A stretch of DNA of 62,290 nucleotides, filler included, from Sandaracinaceae bacterium (GTDB lineage: Bacteria > Myxococcota_A > Polyangia > Polyangiales > JADJQN01), in the NCBI GenBank assembly GCA_947483975.1. It is 12 parts of 12 records of this genome, joined end to end, with 100 filler letters (N's around TTAATTAATTAA, not from the genome) between each part and the next. Parts side by side here need not be neighbours in the genome. Positions count along the whole stretch, not along the records: positions 21,065 to 26,196 come from CANKOL010000374.1; positions 26,297 to 31,424 come from CANKOL010000375.1; 10 more parts are not named here. One strand, 5' to 3'. The translations under genes and the position numbers were made by a program. Below are positions 21,800-31,524 of this stretch, in pieces. The notes below the pieces were generated by a model. It did not search any database. It had not been told where the DNA came from and was given only the letters and a program-made list of their open reading frames with translations. Every line of letters starts with the position of its first letter. The first letter of the stretch is position 1.

Positions 21800-24010
21800 A
21801 TGTTCATTCGCGAAAACGTCAAGATTGGCGACCGGCTCATCACGCTCGAGACCGGTCGTATCGCCAAGCAGGCGAACTCCGTGCTCGTCACCTGCGGCGA
21901 GACCATCGTGCTCGTCACCGTCGTCGGCACGGACTCGTCGCGCCCCGGCATCGACTTCTTCCCGCTCAGCGTCGACTACGTCGAGAAGACGTACGCCGCC
22001 GGCAAGATCCCCGGCGGCTTCTTCAAGCGCGAAGGGCGCCTCCGCGACGAGGAAGTGCTCGTCTCGCGCCTGATCGACCGGCCTTGCCGCCCGCTCTTCC
22101 CGGAGGGCTACAAGAACGAGGTCCAGATCATCGCGACCGTCCTCTCCTACGACAAGGAGAACCCCTCGGACATGCTCGCGATGCTCGGCGCCTCGGCGGC
22201 GCTGCACATCTCGAACATCCCGTGGGACGGCCCGATCGGCGGCGTCCGCGTCGCCCGCGTCGACGGCAAGCTGATCGCCAACCCGACCTTCGCCGAGATG
22301 GAGAAGGCGGACCTCGAGATCGTCGTCGCCGCGTCGAAGAACGCGATCATGATGGTCGAGGGTGAGGCCAGCGAGGTTCAGGAGAACGACCTCGTCGAGG
22401 CGATGTTCTTCGGCCAGCAGGCCGTGCAGGACGCGATCAACCTCATCGAGCGCATGCGCGAGGTCGCGGGCAAGCCGAAGATGGCGTTCACCGCCCCCTC
22501 GACCCCCGAGAACATCGTCGCCCGCGTCAAGGAGCTTGGGCTCCCGGGCGTGCGCGAGGCGTGCAACGTCCGCGTCAAGCACGAGCGCTACGGGGCGTTC
22601 AAGACCGCGAAGAAGGCCGTCGTCGCGCAGGTCGTGAAGGAGCTCGGCGCCGACGCCGAGAACCACGCGAAGACCGCGTTCGAAGACCTCCGCTACGAGA
22701 CGATGCGCCTGCAGATCGTCGACGAGGGCCGCCGCGTCGACGGCCGCGACCTCACGACCGTTCGCCCGATCTCGATCGAGGCGGGCCTCCTCCCCCGCGT
22801 GCACGGCTCCTCGCTGTTCACCCGCGGCGAGACGCAGGGCATCGTCACCGTGACGCTCGGCACGGGCCAGGACGAGCAGCGCATCGACGCGCTGATCGGC
22901 GGCTCGTTCAAGAACTTCATGCTGCACTACAACTTCCCGCCGTACTCGGTCGGCGAGGCGAAGATGATGCGCGGCCCGGGTCGCCGCGAGGTCGGCCACG
23001 GCAAGCTCGCCGAGCGCGCGATCTCGAAGGTCCTGCCGGCGAAGGTCGACTTCCCCTACACGATCCGCATCGTCTCGGAGATCACCGAGTCGAACGGCTC
23101 CTCCTCGATGGCGACCGTCTGCGGCGGCTCGCTCTCGCTGATGGACGCGGGCGTGCCGATCAAGGCGCCCGTCGCCGGCGTCGCGATGGGCCTGATCTCG
23201 GAGCACGGCAAGTTCGCCGTCCTCACGGACATCCTCGGTGACGAGGACGCGCTCGGCGACATGGACTTCAAGGTGTGCGGCACCTCGAAGGGCATCACCG
23301 CCATCCAGATGGACATCAAGATCAGCGGGCTCGCCCGCGACGTCGTCACGCGTGCGCTCGCGCAGGCGAAGGACGGTCGGCTCCACATCCTCGGCAAGAT
23401 GAACGAGGCGCTCGCCACGCATCGCGCCGATATGTCGAAGTACGCGCCGCGCATCGTGACCATCAAGGTCAAGCCGGATCAGATCCGCCTCGTCATCGGG
23501 CCGGGCGGCAAGATGATCAAGGCGATCGTCGATCAGACGGGCGTGCAGATCGACGTGCAGGACGACGGCACCGTCGCGATCGCGAGCTCGGACAGCGTCG
23601 CCGCGCAGCGCGCGATCGACATCATCCGCGGCATCACGCAGGAGCCGGAGATCGGCGCGACCTACAAGGGCACCGTGCGCCGCGTGGAGCCTTACGGCGC
23701 GTTCCTCGAGATCATGCCGGGCAACGACGGCCTGCTGCACATCTCGGACATCGACTGGGCGCGCATCGACTCCGTCGAGGACGTGATGAAGCTCGGCGAC
23801 ATCGTCGACGTGAAGGTCACGAACATCGACCGCGAGGGTCGCATCCGCCTGAGCCGCAAGGAGCTGCTGCCGAAGCCGGAAGGCTACATCGAGCAGCCGC
23901 CCCGCGAGGATCGCGGCGGCAGTGACCGTGGCGGGGATCGCGGCGGGAGCCGGGATCGCGGCCCGCGTCGTGACGGCGGCGGCGGCGGACGCGGCGGCCC
24001 GCGCCGCTAG
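21800..24010 (+). CDS. pnp: Polyribonucleotide nucleotidyltransferase
   Basis: [48 protein letters not shown] and S1 domains, RGG-rich tail. Confidence 0.98.
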   Translation: MFIRENVKIGDRLITLETGRIAKQANSVLVTCGETIVLVTVVGTDSSRPGIDFFPLSVDYVEKTYAAGKIPGGFFKREGRLRDEEVLVSRLIDRPCRPLFPEGYKNEVQIIATVLSYDKENPSDMLAMLGASAALHISNIPWDGPIGGVRVARVDGKLIANPTFAEMEKADLEIVVAASKNAIMMVEGEASEVQENDLVEAMFFGQQAVQDAINLIERMREVAGKPKMAFTAPSTPENIVARVKELGLPGVREACNVRVKHERYGAFKTAKKAVVAQVVKELGADAENHAKTAFEDLRYETMRLQIVDEGRRVDGRDLTTVRPISIEAGLLPRVHGSSLFTRGETQGIVTVTLGTGQDEQRIDALIGGSFKNFMLHYNFPPYSVGEAKMMRGPGRREVGHGKLAERAISKVLPAKVDFPYTIRIVSEITESNGSSSMATVCGGSLSLMDAGVPIKAPVAGVAMGLISEHGKFAVLTDILGDEDALGDMDFKVCGTSKGITAIQMDIKISGLARDVVTRALAQAKDGRLHILGKMNEALATHRADMSKYAPRIVTIKVKPDQIRLVIGPGGKMIKAIVDQTGVQIDVQDDGTVAIASSDSVAAQRAIDIIRGITQEPEIGATYKGTVRRVEPYGAFLEIMPGNDGLLHISDIDWARIDSVEDVMKLGDIVDVKVTNIDREGRIRLSRKELLPKPEGYIEQPPREDRGGSDRGGDRGGSRDRGPRRDGGGGGRGGPRR

Positions 24011-24027
24011 TCATCAGGCCATCGCAC

Positions 24028-24525
24028 ATGACCGACTCTCCCTCTGAAAAGAGCGGAGGCGACGTGAGCCCGGAGCTTCAGGTGTTCGTCCTGAAGCCCG
24101 GGCTCGCTTCGCTTCCGAGGTACGCCACGGACGGCGCGGCGGGGCTCGACCTCGCGGCCGCGCTCGAGGCGCCGCTGACCATCGCGCCTGGCGCTTGGGT
24201 CGCGGTGCCGACGGGCTTGGCGCTCGCGCTGCCTGCGGGGCACGAGGGCCAGGTGCGTCCGCGCTCTGGGCTCGCGGCGAAGCACGGCGTCACGGTGCTG
24301 AACGCGCCCGGCACGATCGACGAGGACTACCGCGGCGAGGTGAAGGTGCTGCTCGTCAACCACGGGCTGAGCGACTTCATCGTCCTGCCGGCGGACCGCA
24401 TCGCGCAGCTCGTCGTCGCGCCCGTCGTGCGCGCGCGCGTCGTCACCGTCGAGAGCGTCGAGCGGCTCGGCGAGACGACGCGCGGCGCCGGCGGCTTCGG
24501 CAGCACGGGCGGGGTCGGCGGCTGA
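24028..24525 (+). CDS. dut: dUTP diphosphatase
   Basis: [46 protein letters not shown]. Confidence 0.96.
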   Translation: MTDSPSEKSGGDVSPELQVFVLKPGLASLPRYATDGAAGLDLAAALEAPLTIAPGAWVAVPTGLALALPAGHEGQVRPRSGLAAKHGVTVLNAPGTIDEDYRGEVKVLLVNHGLSDFIVLPADRIAQLVVAPVVRARVVTVESVERLGETTRGAGGFGSTGGVGG

Positions 24526-25004
24526 TGGCGGGGTGCGCCGAGCACGACGCCGACACGCTCTGCGTCGGCGTCGCGCTCGGGCGCTACTCGCGCGCGGACG
24601 TGCGCGACTGGGTCGACGCGGAGGTGCTGCGCCGGGAGAAGCTGCCCGACGCGCTGCTCGAGCTGACGACGCTCGCGCACCGGGAGGTCGAGGAGATCGC
24701 GGCGCTCCTGCGCGCGCTCTCGACGGGCGACCCGGCGCGGCTCTGGGGCCTCGCGGTCGAGCTGCTCGCGGAGGACTATCGCGGCGGCGCGTGCGCGCTC
24801 GAGCCGACGATCGAGCGGCTCGTCACGGCGGCGCACCTGTATGGCGCGTACGACACTCCAGCCGAGGCCGAGCTGTACTTCTTGGAGGACGGGCTCACCC
24901 TCGCGCGAGACGGCACCTGGGGCACGCTCGACGACGTGCGCGCGCACCTCGAGCAGTTCTTCGCGGAGCACGAGCGGGGCGTCCGCGCGACGCACCTCGC
25001 CTGA
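24525..25004 (+). CDS. Hypothetical alpha-helical protein
   Basis: ATG overlaps dut TGA (TGATG); GC3-rich coding pattern; no recognised family. Confidence 0.65.
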   Translation: MAGCAEHDADTLCVGVALGRYSRADVRDWVDAEVLRREKLPDALLELTTLAHREVEEIAALLRALSTGDPARLWGLAVELLAEDYRGGACALEPTIERLVTAAHLYGAYDTPAEAELYFLEDGLTLARDGTWGTLDDVRAHLEQFFAEHERGVRATHLA

Positions 25005-25033
25005 GGCGCGCGCCGCAGCGCCGTGCTCGCTTG

Positions 25034-25169
25034 GCGCTCAAGAGCTGTAGAAAAATAGTCCGAGAGCGAGCGCGCCCGGAGCGCAGACCCGAGGAATACT
25101 CCTGTATTTCGCAGGGTCTGCGTGAGGACGTAAGCCGCTATCGGGCATTTTTCGACAGCTCTTCAGCGC
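25034..25169. repeat. 136-bp imperfect palindrome (MITE/REP-like) between convergent genes
   Basis: Left arm GCGCTCAAGAGCTGTAGAAAAATAGTCCGAGAGCG; right arm reverse complement GCGCTGAAGAGCTGTCGAAAAATGCCCGATAGCG; inner stem CGCAGACCC...GGGTCTGCG. Confidence 0.8.
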
Positions 25170-26196
25170 GGGGCGCGGTGGGCGAGCCAGGTCGCGATGA
25201 CGCGCAGGTCGTCGGCGGAGAGCGGCGGCAAGCCGAGCGGCATCCCGACCGCCGCCTCGGAGCGCGGGGCGCGCGTCGGTGAAGCCTCGTGCGCCGCCTC
25301 GAGGTGACGCGTCAGCAGGCGCGCGAGGAGCGGCGCGGTGCCGCTCGCGTCCGGGGTGACGATGGAGCGGTGGGTGCCGTCGGGGAGCACGACGCCGGCC
25401 ATGACCCCCTCGTACGACGAGAGGTCGAGCGCCGAGCGCGGGAAGCCAAACACGGCAGAGGCCTGCTCGCCCGTGGTGTGCGCGTGGCAGTGAATGCACG
25501 AGCGCCCGAAGAGCCTGCGCACGTCGGCGAAGCGCACGGCGCGCGGCAGCGGCGTGAGCTCGCTCTGGACGACGACGTGCGGGGCGGGCGCCGGAGCGCC
25601 GAAGTCCCCGAGAAAGAGGTAGTCGCGGAGCGCGAGCGCGACCTCGCGGCGGAGCGCGACGCGCGGCATATGGGCGTCCCGATCGACCGACTGCGGGTCG
25701 AGGATCCAGGCGAGCGCGACGTCGGGATCGAGGGAGTCGCGCGCGAGCCGCAGGTCGGGCCCGAGCACCGCCTGGGCGCCCATGGCGCGCAGCGTGTCGG
25801 GCGGGATGGAGAGCGCCGGCTGGGCCGTGCCGAACGAGTGGCAGACCGGGCACCCAGAGGCCTGAAAGGCGCGCCGCCCGGCCTCGAGGTTCGAGCGCTG
25901 CGGCGCGGGGCTCGGCGCGGCAGCGCGGGCACCGGCGGCGACGCGCAGGTACGCGACCATCGCCCGCGCGTCGGTCTCGGTCACCGGCAGCTGAGGCATC
26001 GACTCCTCGAGCCGCGGCCGTCGGTGCGTCGGGTCCTGGAGGTACGCGACGAGCGCGTCCGCTCGCATCCGTCTAGCCGCGCTCGCGAGCGAAGGCACGA
26101 AGAGGTAATGGCGGACGGCCGGGGCGCTGCCGAGGCCGCTGTGCCGCGCGCGCAGCACCTCCGCGTGGCAGGCGACGCAGCGGGCGCCCGCGCCGA
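25163..26196 (-). CDS. Multiheme c-type cytochrome, 5'-truncated
   Basis: In-frame CVACH (upstream of the called start), CPVCH and CIHCH; C-terminal LDLSSYEGVMAG...MP...LSADDLRVIATW resembles the planctomycete-type cytochrome c domain. Confidence 0.82.
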
Positions 26197-26296
26197 NNNN
26201 NNNNNNNNNNNNNNNNNNNNNNNNNNNNNNNNNNNNNNNNTTAATTAATTAANNNNNNNNNNNNNNNNNNNNNNNNNNNNNNNNNNNNNNNNNNNN
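26197..26296. other. Artificial contig linker
   Basis: N44-TTAATTAATTAA-N44. Confidence 0.99.
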
Positions 26297-27581
26297 GCTC
26301 GCGACCGTGGACGCCGCAGCCGATGGTCGCCTCGACGCGGCAGCGAGCGTGCACGCGCTCGCGCTGCGCTCGGTCGCCGCCGTGCCGCTGCGCCTCGGTG
26401 ACGACGCCGCGGGCGTGCTCTACCTCGACGACCGGCTGCGCGCGGGCGCGTTCGGCCCGAGCGACGTCGCGCTGCTCGTCGATCTCGCGGAGCTCGCCTC
26501 GCTCGCCCTCGCGAACGCGGAGTCCCTGCGTCGCGAGCATCGCAGCGCGAGGCGCCTCGAGCGCTTGCGGCGGCAGCTCGAGGAGACCGTCGAGCGACAG
26601 GGGCTCGAGCTCGTCTCGTTGCGCCGCGTCGGGAACGTCGAGCCGCTCGCGGGGCTCGTCGGCGGCAGCGAGCCGATGCGTCGCGTCGCGGAGCTCGCCT
26701 CGCGCGTCGCCGCGTCGGAGGTGCCGGTGCTCGTGCTCGGCGAGAGCGGCGTCGGCAAGGAGCTCGTCGCCCGCGCGGTGCACGACCTCAGCGCGCGCAA
26801 GCGCGGGCCGTTCATCAGCGAGAACTGCGGCGCGATCCCCGAGCCGCTGCTCGAGAGCGCGCTCTTTGGTCATGTGCGCGGCGCCTTCACCGGGGCGGAC
26901 CGCGCGCGGCAAGGGCTCTTCGAGGCGGCGGACGGCGGCACGCTCTTGCTCGACGAGATCGGCGAGATGAGCGCCGCGATGCAGACGAAGCTGCTCCGCG
27001 TGCTGCAGGACGGAGAGGTGCGCGCGGTCGGCGGCGAGCGCACTCGGAAGGTCGACGTGCGCGTGCTCGCCGCGACGCACCGCGACCTCGACGCGATGGT
27101 GCGGACGGGCGCGTTTCGGCAGGACCTCTACTACCGCCTCGCGGTGATGACGATCGCCGTGCCGCCGCTGCGGGCGCGCAGCGAGGACGTCGCGCCGCTC
27201 GTCGCGCACTTCGTGCAGAAGCACGCGCGTGGGCGCGAGGTGCGCGTCGATCGCGCGGCGCTCGCGGTGCTGCAGGCCTACGCGTGGCCGGGCAATGTGC
27301 GGCAGCTCGAGAACGAGGTGCAGCGCGCCCTCGTGATGGCGAGCGACGTCATCCGCCCCGAGCATCTCTCGCCGACGGTGCTCGGCACCGCGCACGGCGC
27401 GGGCACCACCAGCGACGCGCCGCGCGCGCTCGATCTACGTGGTCAGACCGACGCGCTCGAGCGCACGCTGATCCGACGCGCGCTCGCCGAGCACGGCACG
27501 CAGACGGCCGCGGCCAAGGCGCTCGGAGTCTCGCGCTTCGGTCTGCAGAAGATGCTGAAACGCCTGGGGATCGCGCCGTAG
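26297..27581 (+). CDS. Sigma-54-dependent enhancer-binding protein (GAF-AAA+-Fis HTH), 5'-truncated
   Basis: [51 protein letters not shown]-terminal HTH. Confidence 0.93.
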
Positions 27582-27642
27582 GGCCAGGTTTCAAACCTGC
27601 CCAGCGTCGGTGGGGCAGGGCGGGTTTGAAACCCGCCCCTAC
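27578..27642. repeat. Inverted pair of GTAG-family REP elements (REPIN-like)
   Basis: GTAGGGCCAGGTTTCAAACCTGCCC ... GGGCGGGTTTGAAACCCGCCCCTAC. Confidence 0.82.
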
Positions 27643-28937
27643 TTGGCTGTGTACGCCGCGAGCGCCGCCGCGTAGACGAGCTTCAGCGGCACGCCGTGCG
27701 CGAGCGCGGCTGCGCGGCAGGCGTCGTGCTCGGGGGCGACGTTCGGCGGCAGATCGTCCCCGTCGGCGATCTTGAGCGGGATGCGCCCATACTCGGTGTC
27801 GACCTCGAGGATGCGGCGCGGGCGCTCCTGTCGGCGCACGTCGCGGAGGCGCACACCGAGCGTCGTGGTCTCCGCGAGGAGCGAGCGGGCGACGGCGCTC
27901 GCGTCGGCGCGGCGGGTGACGGCCGAGAGCAGGTACGCCGGGCGGCCCTTCTTCATCATAATCGGCGTCGCCCAGGCGTCGAGCGCGCCCTCGGCGAGCG
28001 CCCGCTCGAGCGCGTAGGCGGCGACCTCGCCGCTCATGTCGTCGAGGTTCGCCTCGAGCACCGTGTGCGTCTCCGCGCCTGGGCTCGCCGTGTCGTCGGG
28101 CGCGCCGAGCACCACCCTCAGCAGGTTCGGGCGGTCGCTCAGCTCGCGCGTGCCGCCGCCCCAGCCGGAGCGCTCGGGGCGCATCGAGGGCCAGCGCGCG
28201 AAGCTCGTCGCGCACGCGGCGACGAGACAAGCGCCCGTCGGCGTGACGAGCTCCGCGGCGCTCGCCGTGTCGACCGTCGGCACGCCGCGCAGCGCCATCA
28301 CCGTCGCCGGCGCGGGGACCGGCAGGATGCCGTGCTGCGCCTTGATGAAGCCGCGCCCCATCGGCAGCGGCGAGCACACGACGCGCGCGCCGAGCCAGTC
28401 GAGCGCGACGGCGCACGCCACGGTGTCGACGATGGAGTCGACCGCGCCGACCTCGTGAAAGTGCACCTGCTCGAGGGGAATCCGGTGCACGTCCGCCTCC
28501 GCCTCGCCGAGAATTCGAAACGCGCGCAGCGCGAGCGCGCGGGCGCCGTCCGTCAACGGCGCCTGCTCGAGCATCCCGCGAATCGCGGCGTAGCTACGCT
28601 GCGGCTGCCCCGCGTCGACGTCCACGACGAAGCGCAGCGCGACGATGCCGGAGCGCGAGATGTCGAACGTGCGCACGCGATAGCCGTCGATCGGAAGCGC
28701 GGCGAGCGCCTCGTCGATCGGCGCGCGCGGCACGCCGAGATCGAGGAGCGCCGCGACGAGCATATCGCCCGCCAGCCCGCTGAACGCGTCGAGGAAGAGC
28801 AGCTTGCCCGCGCCCGCCCCGCGCGCGAGCGGGAGGTTTCGTGGGCCCGCGGCCGCGTGCACGTGCCCGTCCCCGTGCGCGTGAGCGTGCCCGTGAGCGT
28901 GCGGATGCGCGTCGTCGTGCCCGTCGCCGTGCGGCAC
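27639..28937 (-). CDS. larC: Nickel-pincer cofactor biosynthesis protein LarC (Ni insertase)
   Basis: DAFSGLAGDMLVAALLDLG, VHFHEVGAVDSIVD, HGILPVPAPAT, ELVTPTGA, EANLDD, MKKGRP, ETTTLGVR; His-rich N-terminus. Confidence 0.95.
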   Translation of the reverse strand: MPHGDGHDDAHPHAHGHAHAHGDGHVHAAAGPRNLPLARGAGAGKLLFLDAFSGLAGDMLVAALLDLGVPRAPIDEALAALPIDGYRVRTFDISRSGIVALRFVVDVDAGQPQRSYAAIRGMLEQAPLTDGARALALRAFRILGEAEADVHRIPLEQVHFHEVGAVDSIVDTVACAVALDWLGARVVCSPLPMGRGFIKAQHGILPVPAPATVMALRGVPTVDTASAAELVTPTGACLVAACATSFARWPSMRPERSGWGGGTRELSDRPNLLRVVLGAPDDTASPGAETHTVLEANLDDMSGEVAAYALERALAEGALDAWATPIMMKKGRPAYLLSAVTRRADASAVARSLLAETTTLGVRLRDVRRQERPRRILEVDTEYGRIPLKIADGDDLPPNVAPEHDACRAAALAHGVPLKLVYAAALAAYTAK

Positions 28938-29693
28938 TCAGGTCTCCCGCCGGTTGATCATGCTCGCCGCGTAGGCGGCGCCGAAGCCGTTGTCGATGTT
29001 GACGACGGTGACGCCTGGCGCGCAGCTGTTGAGCAAGCCGAGCAGCGCCGCGATGCCGCCGAAGCTCGCGCCGTAGCCGACGGACGTCGGCACCGCGATG
29101 ATCGGTCGCGGGACGAGGCCGCCGATCACGCTCGCGAGGGCCGCCTCCATGCCGGCGACGACGATCAGCACGCTCGCCGCCTCGAGCTCCGCGCGATGGG
29201 CCAAGAGCCGATGGATGCCGGCGACGCCGACGTCGTAGATCGTGCGCACCGCGTTGCCGAGAGCGCGCGCGGTGACGGCGGCCTCCTCGGCGACGGGTTG
29301 GTCGCTCGTGCCCGCGCTGACGATGCAGATCTCGCCCCGCCCGCGCAGCTCGATGTGCCGCTGCTCGAGCACGAGCGTGCGCGAGAGGCTGTCGTAGTGG
29401 AGCGCGGGGACCTGCGTCATCAGCCAGTCGCCAGCCTCCGGCGAGACGCGCGTCGCGAGCACGTTCTGCCCGTGCGCGGCGATCTCTCGGACGATGCCGA
29501 GGAGCTGCGCCGCGGTCTTGCCGGCGCCGTAGATCACCTCGGGGTGGCCGATCCGCAGCGCCCGATGGTGGTCGACGTTCGCGAAGCCGAGGTCGCGGAA
29601 CGGCAGATCGCGCAGCGTGACGAGCGCTTCGTCGACGTTCGTCTCGCCGCGCTGCACGGCCTCGAGCATCTCGCGCAGGGCTTTCGGGTCCAT
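28938..29693 (-). CDS. larB: Nickel-pincer cofactor biosynthesis protein LarB
   Basis: DLGFANVDHHRALRIGHPEVIYGAGKT, AGTSDQPVAEEA, DVGVAGIHRL, AVPTSVGYG, VVNIDNGFGA; start ATG 29693. Confidence 0.95.
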   Translation of the reverse strand: MDPKALREMLEAVQRGETNVDEALVTLRDLPFRDLGFANVDHHRALRIGHPEVIYGAGKTAAQLLGIVREIAAHGQNVLATRVSPEAGDWLMTQVPALHYDSLSRTLVLEQRHIELRGRGEICIVSAGTSDQPVAEEAAVTARALGNAVRTIYDVGVAGIHRLLAHRAELEAASVLIVVAGMEAALASVIGGLVPRPIIAVPTSVGYGASFGGIAALLGLLNSCAPGVTVVNIDNGFGAAYAASMINRRET

Positions 29694-29701
29694 CGGGCCG
29701 G

Positions 29702-29710
29702 ACCTTAGCA
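29702..29710 (-). promoter_or_regulatory. Extended -10 element (TGcTAAGGT) upstream of larB
   Basis: Lies 8 nt before the ATG; no SD. Confidence 0.45.
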
Positions 29711-29836
29711 GGAGACGGGGAAGGGGGACCGGAGGAGCGAGCGCGACACGCGCGGACCGCGAGCCCAGCGCGCGCCCGATGTTATGCTGCGGGCACTCAT
29801 GCGGCGGATGCTCGCGCACCTCATCGTGACGGCTGA

Positions 29837-31060
29837 ATGATCCGCACGGGCTTGCTCGGCACGGACGCAGGCGGGCAGCTCGTGCTGAGGCGCGTGCGCG
29901 TGCGCGTCGTGTCGGGGCCGGACGCTGGGCGGGAGGTGCTGCTCGAGGGCGGCACGCTCGCGATCGGCACGCACGCCGACGTGGAGCTGACGCTGCGCGA
30001 CTCGACGGTGTCGCGCTATCACGCGGAGCTCGCGCTGCTCGGCGAGGGCGTGCGCGTCCGCGATCTCGGCAGCACGAACGGCACTTTCGTCGGCACGGCG
30101 CGCATCGAGGGGATGGTGCTCGTGCCGCCCGCGGAGCTGCGCGTCGGGCGCACGCGCATCGAGCTGTTGCCGGCGGATCTGCCGGCGCCGGACGCACCCG
30201 GCGAGCGCACGGACTTCGGCGCGCTCGTCGGGCAGAGCCCCGCGATGCGGCGGCTCTTCGGGCTGCTCGAGCGGGTCGCGCAGACCGACGCTCCGCTCGT
30301 GCTCGAGGGGGAGGCGGGCACGGGCAAGAGCCTCGCGGCGCGGGCCGTGCACGAGGCGTCCGCGCGCATGGAGCGCGCGCTGCTGGTGCTCGATCTCGGC
30401 ACGACGGCGGACGCGGCCGCGGTGCGCGAGGCGTTCGTCGCGGCGCGCGGTGGGACGCTCGTGCTCGACCGGCTCGACGAGGCGCCGGCGCACATCGCCG
30501 AGGCGGTGGCCGCAGCGCTCGACGCGCGGGAGCGGGGGCAGCTCGACGTCCGCCCCATCGCGACGAGCCGGACTGATCTGCGCGCGCGCGTCGAGTCGGG
30601 CGCGCTCCGGCGTGACCTCTGGTTTCACCTCGCGGCCGTGCGCGCGCAGCTACCGCCGCTCCGGGAGCGCACCGAGGACGTCCCGCTGCTCGTGCGCGCG
30701 CTCATCGCAGAGCTCGGGCACCCACAGCTCGCGATCGCGCCTGCCGAGCTCGCGCCGCTGCGGGAGCGCGCTTATCAAGGGAACGTTCGCGAGCTGCGCC
30801 TGACGCTCGAGGGAGCGCTCGCCTCCCGCGCGCCCGTGACGAGCGGAGTGTCGCCGCGCCCCCCCGGGATGCCGCCGCTCCCGCCGAGCGCGGCGTTCGA
30901 TTACCGCGCCGCCAAGGAGCAGGTGCTCGACGCGTTCGAGCGCGCGTACGTCGCCGACCTGCTCGCGGCGCACGAGGGCAACGTCTCGCGCGCAGCGGCT
31001 GCCGCCGGGCTCGACCGCAATCACCTCGCGAAGCTCGCCAAGAAGCACGGCGTCCGCTGA
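29837..31060 (+). CDS. FHA-AAA+-Fis regulator with degenerate sigma-54 activator domain
   Basis: FHA (VSRYHA, DLGSTNGT); Walker A GEAGTGKS; no GAFTGA; PPLRER, GNVREL; HTH GNVSRAAAAAGLDR. Confidence 0.87.
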   Translation: MIRTGLLGTDAGGQLVLRRVRVRVVSGPDAGREVLLEGGTLAIGTHADVELTLRDSTVSRYHAELALLGEGVRVRDLGSTNGTFVGTARIEGMVLVPPAELRVGRTRIELLPADLPAPDAPGERTDFGALVGQSPAMRRLFGLLERVAQTDAPLVLEGEAGTGKSLAARAVHEASARMERALLVLDLGTTADAAAVREAFVAARGGTLVLDRLDEAPAHIAEAVAAALDARERGQLDVRPIATSRTDLRARVESGALRRDLWFHLAAVRAQLPPLRERTEDVPLLVRALIAELGHPQLAIAPAELAPLRERAYQGNVRELRLTLEGALASRAPVTSGVSPRPPGMPPLPPSAAFDYRAAKEQVLDAFERAYVADLLAAHEGNVSRAAAAAGLDRNHLAKLAKKHGVR

Positions 31061-31076
31061 GCAGCTCGCCGCGCGC

Positions 31077-31424
31077 CTACGGCAGCTCGACGCGTCCGGG
31101 CGGCAGCGTGCCCGGCGCGGCCCGATCGCTCGACGTCACCGCCAGCCCAATGCCGACGCCTGCGCCGCCGACGACGACGCCGATCGCGGTCCAGAACCAC
31201 CAGCGCTCGTAGATCGCGGCGCTCGCCGGGTGCCCGACGTCGCGCACGTCGATCGAGAGCGGCGCCGATGGCTCGCCCGCGCGCGCGACCAACCGGCCAC
31301 GCGCGTCGCGTGCCTCGGCGTAGAGCTCGAGCACGTCGGCGGAGGTGCGCGGCGGGAGCGTGACGACGAAGGTCGCGCCCTCGCGTACGGCGTCGACCGC
31401 CTGCCAAGCGTCGTCGGTCTGACC
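31077..31424 (-). CDS. C-terminus of a secreted/TPR-type protein, 5'-truncated
   Basis: IYERWWFWTAIGVVVGG hydrophobic tail common in myxobacterial TPR/PEGA proteins. Confidence 0.6.
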   Translation of the reverse strand, partial: GQTDDAWQAVDAVREGATFVVTLPPRTSADVLELYAEARDARGRLVARAGEPSAPLSIDVRDVGHPASAAIYERWWFWTAIGVVVGGAGVGIGLAVTSSDRAAPGTLPPGRVELP

Positions 31425-31524
31425 NNNNNNNNNNNNNNNNNNNNNNNNNNNNNNNNNNNNNNNNNNNNTTAATTAATTAANNNNNNNNNNNNNNNNNNNN
31501 NNNNNNNNNNNNNNNNNNNNNNNN
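31425..31524. other. Artificial contig linker
   Basis: N44-TTAATTAATTAA-N44. Confidence 0.99.

Noticed and set aside
21017..23740. 907-aa antisense ORF over rpsO-pnp, and similar long antisense ORFs over ligA, larBC and the kinases
   Set aside because: Expected from high GC3 codon bias, which removes stops on the opposite strand.
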